Positions 62,474-64,000 of a stretch of 64,000 nucleotides of DNA are shown here, piece by piece. The notes beneath the pieces were generated by a model, which did no database searches, was not told where the DNA came from, and saw nothing but the letters and a program-made list of their open reading frames with translations. The stretch is from positions 832,001 to 896,000 of the forward strand of contig CAWGLD010000001.1 in NCBI GenBank assembly GCA_963823335.1, written 5' to 3'. A program made the translations under genes and the position numbers. Every line of letters begins with the position of its first letter. Position 1 is the stretch's first letter. The stretch is from an uncultured delta proteobacterium (lineage in GTDB: Bacteria > Desulfobacterota > Desulfobacteria > Desulfobacterales > B30-G6).

Positions 62474-63162
62474 AATATTATCCCATTTTTCTGGACATAA
62501 AAGGACGTAACTGTCTGGTGGTCGGTGGCGGCGATGTGGGCACTCGAAAGGTCGAGACGCTCCTCGAATGCGGTGCCTCGGTCACGGTCGTGAGCATCGA
62601 TGCCACCGAAAGGCTGAAACAGCTATCCGGAAATCAACGTATTACCCTTGTTTTGCGTGCTTACAGGTCTTCCGATCTGGACAGCAAGTTTCTCGTCATT
62701 GGTGCTACCAATGATGAGAAACTGAATCAACAGCTCAGCATGGATGCAGAAAAACATAAGCTGTTATGTAACATAGCCGACAGACCTGCGGCCTGTAATT
62801 TTATCCTCCCGGCCATCGTTCAGCAAGGTGACCTGGTCATGGCGATCTCTACCTCGGGAAAAAGTCCGGCTTTTGCAAAAAAACTGCGTAAAGATCTTGA
62901 AAAACAATTCGGTGAAGCATATGCAATCTTCTTGGATTTAATGGGCGCCATTCGAGGACGTCTTCTCCTGGAAAAACATGCACCGGAGCAACACAAACCC
63001 CTTTTTCAAAAAATCATTCACAGTGACATTGTTTTGTGGATCGAAAATCGCAACATGGAAGACATCGATCGTCTGCTGCTCGACGTGCTGGGTCCCGGTT
63101 ATACTGTTGACGAATTATTGAAACCCGATTTCAGACATAACGCAACAAAGGGTGCCAAATGA
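62470..63162 (+). CDS. sirC: Precorrin-2 dehydrogenase / sirohydrochlorin ferrochelatase (SirC/Met8)
   Basis: YPIFL, VVGGG.VG.RK, N.AD.P..CNF..P, ISTSGKSP. Confidence 0.9.
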   Translation: MKYYPIFLDIKGRNCLVVGGGDVGTRKVETLLECGASVTVVSIDATERLKQLSGNQRITLVLRAYRSSDLDSKFLVIGATNDEKLNQQLSMDAEKHKLLCNIADRPAACNFILPAIVQQGDLVMAISTSGKSPAFAKKLRKDLEKQFGEAYAIFLDLMGAIRGRLLLEKHAPEQHKPLFQKIIHSDIVLWIENRNMEDIDRLLLDVLGPGYTVDELLKPDFRHNATKGAK

Positions 63163-63980
63163 ACCCACTGAGCCACATGGTTGCCTTTATCTATATCCTG
63201 AGTGCCATCGGATATGTTGTATATCTTATACGCCAGGGCGCCTTCTGGTACCGGAGCGGTTTTTACCTCCTTATTGCCGGATGCTTGCTGCATACGGGCG
63301 TCATTGCTTATGGTACTCTCCGGGCCGGCCATCTTCCGGTACACAACCTGCGGGATACTCTCTCCATGGTTGCCTGGGCCATAGCCGCCCTCTATATCGT
63401 TGTTCAAACTCGCTATCACCTCAAGATATTGGGTGCATTTGCATCCCCCCTGGCTGCAGTGGTCATGGGCATCAGTACACAACTGACAACCACCGTGATG
63501 GAAGCACCGGTTGTTTTCAACAGTATCTGGCTATATTTTCATATTATTACAGTTTTTATAGGTGATGCCGCCTTTGCCCTGGCGTTTGGTGTCGGAATTT
63601 TTTACCTGGTTCAAGAGCAAGCCATCAAGACCAAAACACAAGGTTTTTTTTATCGGCGTCTGCCTTCGCTCGAATTTATCGATACCACCGGATATGCCTG
63701 CATAGTGGTCGGATTTACCCTGCTGACCATGGGTCTCATCACCGGTTTTGCCTATGCAAAGACGGCCTGGGGACATTTCTGGAGCGGGGATCCCAAAGAA
63801 ATCTGGTCCGGGATCGCCTGGCTGTTGTATGCTGCCTTGATGCACGGCCGCCTCAGTCTGGGCTGGCGCGGTAGAAAGTCGGCCATCATGGCAATCATCG
63901 GCTTTGCAGTGCTCATGTTCACTTTTTTTGGGGTTAATTTTTTTCTGAAGGGACACCACGGTGAATTCACCCGCTGGTAG
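63159..63980 (+). CDS. ccsA: Cytochrome c assembly protein CcsA/HemX-like
   Basis: TM-rich; WL.FH, LPSL, W..DPKE.WS, GWRG. Confidence 0.85.
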   Translation: MNPLSHMVAFIYILSAIGYVVYLIRQGAFWYRSGFYLLIAGCLLHTGVIAYGTLRAGHLPVHNLRDTLSMVAWAIAALYIVVQTRYHLKILGAFASPLAAVVMGISTQLTTTVMEAPVVFNSIWLYFHIITVFIGDAAFALAFGVGIFYLVQEQAIKTKTQGFFYRRLPSLEFIDTTGYACIVVGFTLLTMGLITGFAYAKTAWGHFWSGDPKEIWSGIAWLLYAALMHGRLSLGWRGRKSAIMAIIGFAVLMFTFFGVNFFLKGHHGEFTRW

Positions 63981-64000
63981 GCCGCGCAACGGCTAACGGT

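Overview
Chromosomal segment of an anaerobic bacterium; gene content and order suggest Desulfobacterota/Desulfobacterales (inference). 1-22 kb is a core translation/RNA-metabolism region: infC (non-canonical ATA start)-rpmI-rplT-pheS-pheT-MerR-tRNA-Gly(CCC)-rimP-nusA-infB-DUF503-rbfA-nrnA-truB-rpsO-pnp-M16 peptidase-dut-MBL-trxB. 22-57 kb is accessory: Fe-S/YkgJ proteins, two old yellow enzymes, a MacAB-type ABC exporter, DUF711-sbcD-sbcC, tartrate/D-malate dehydrogenase and a six-gene Ehr (Ni-less, hydrogenase-4-like) membrane complex. The Ehr operon converges on a tandem gamma-carbonic-anhydrase-like gene, a CBS gene and an apparently internally deleted LCIB-like (beta-CA) gene. The window ends with clpB, DHH, MBL, sirC and ccsA. 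The intergenic DNA is rich in structure: heptamer/octamer repeat elements (one enclosing a four-helix-bundle gene remnant), a two-copy covarying hairpin/MITE, an IS200/IS605 (IscB/HEARO-like) end, and a candidate sigma54-driven anti-Shine-Dalgarno sRNA. Top hypothesis: an Ehr plus carbonic anhydrase module for energy-coupled CO2/bicarbonate handling. All calls come from reading the sequence; no searches were run.
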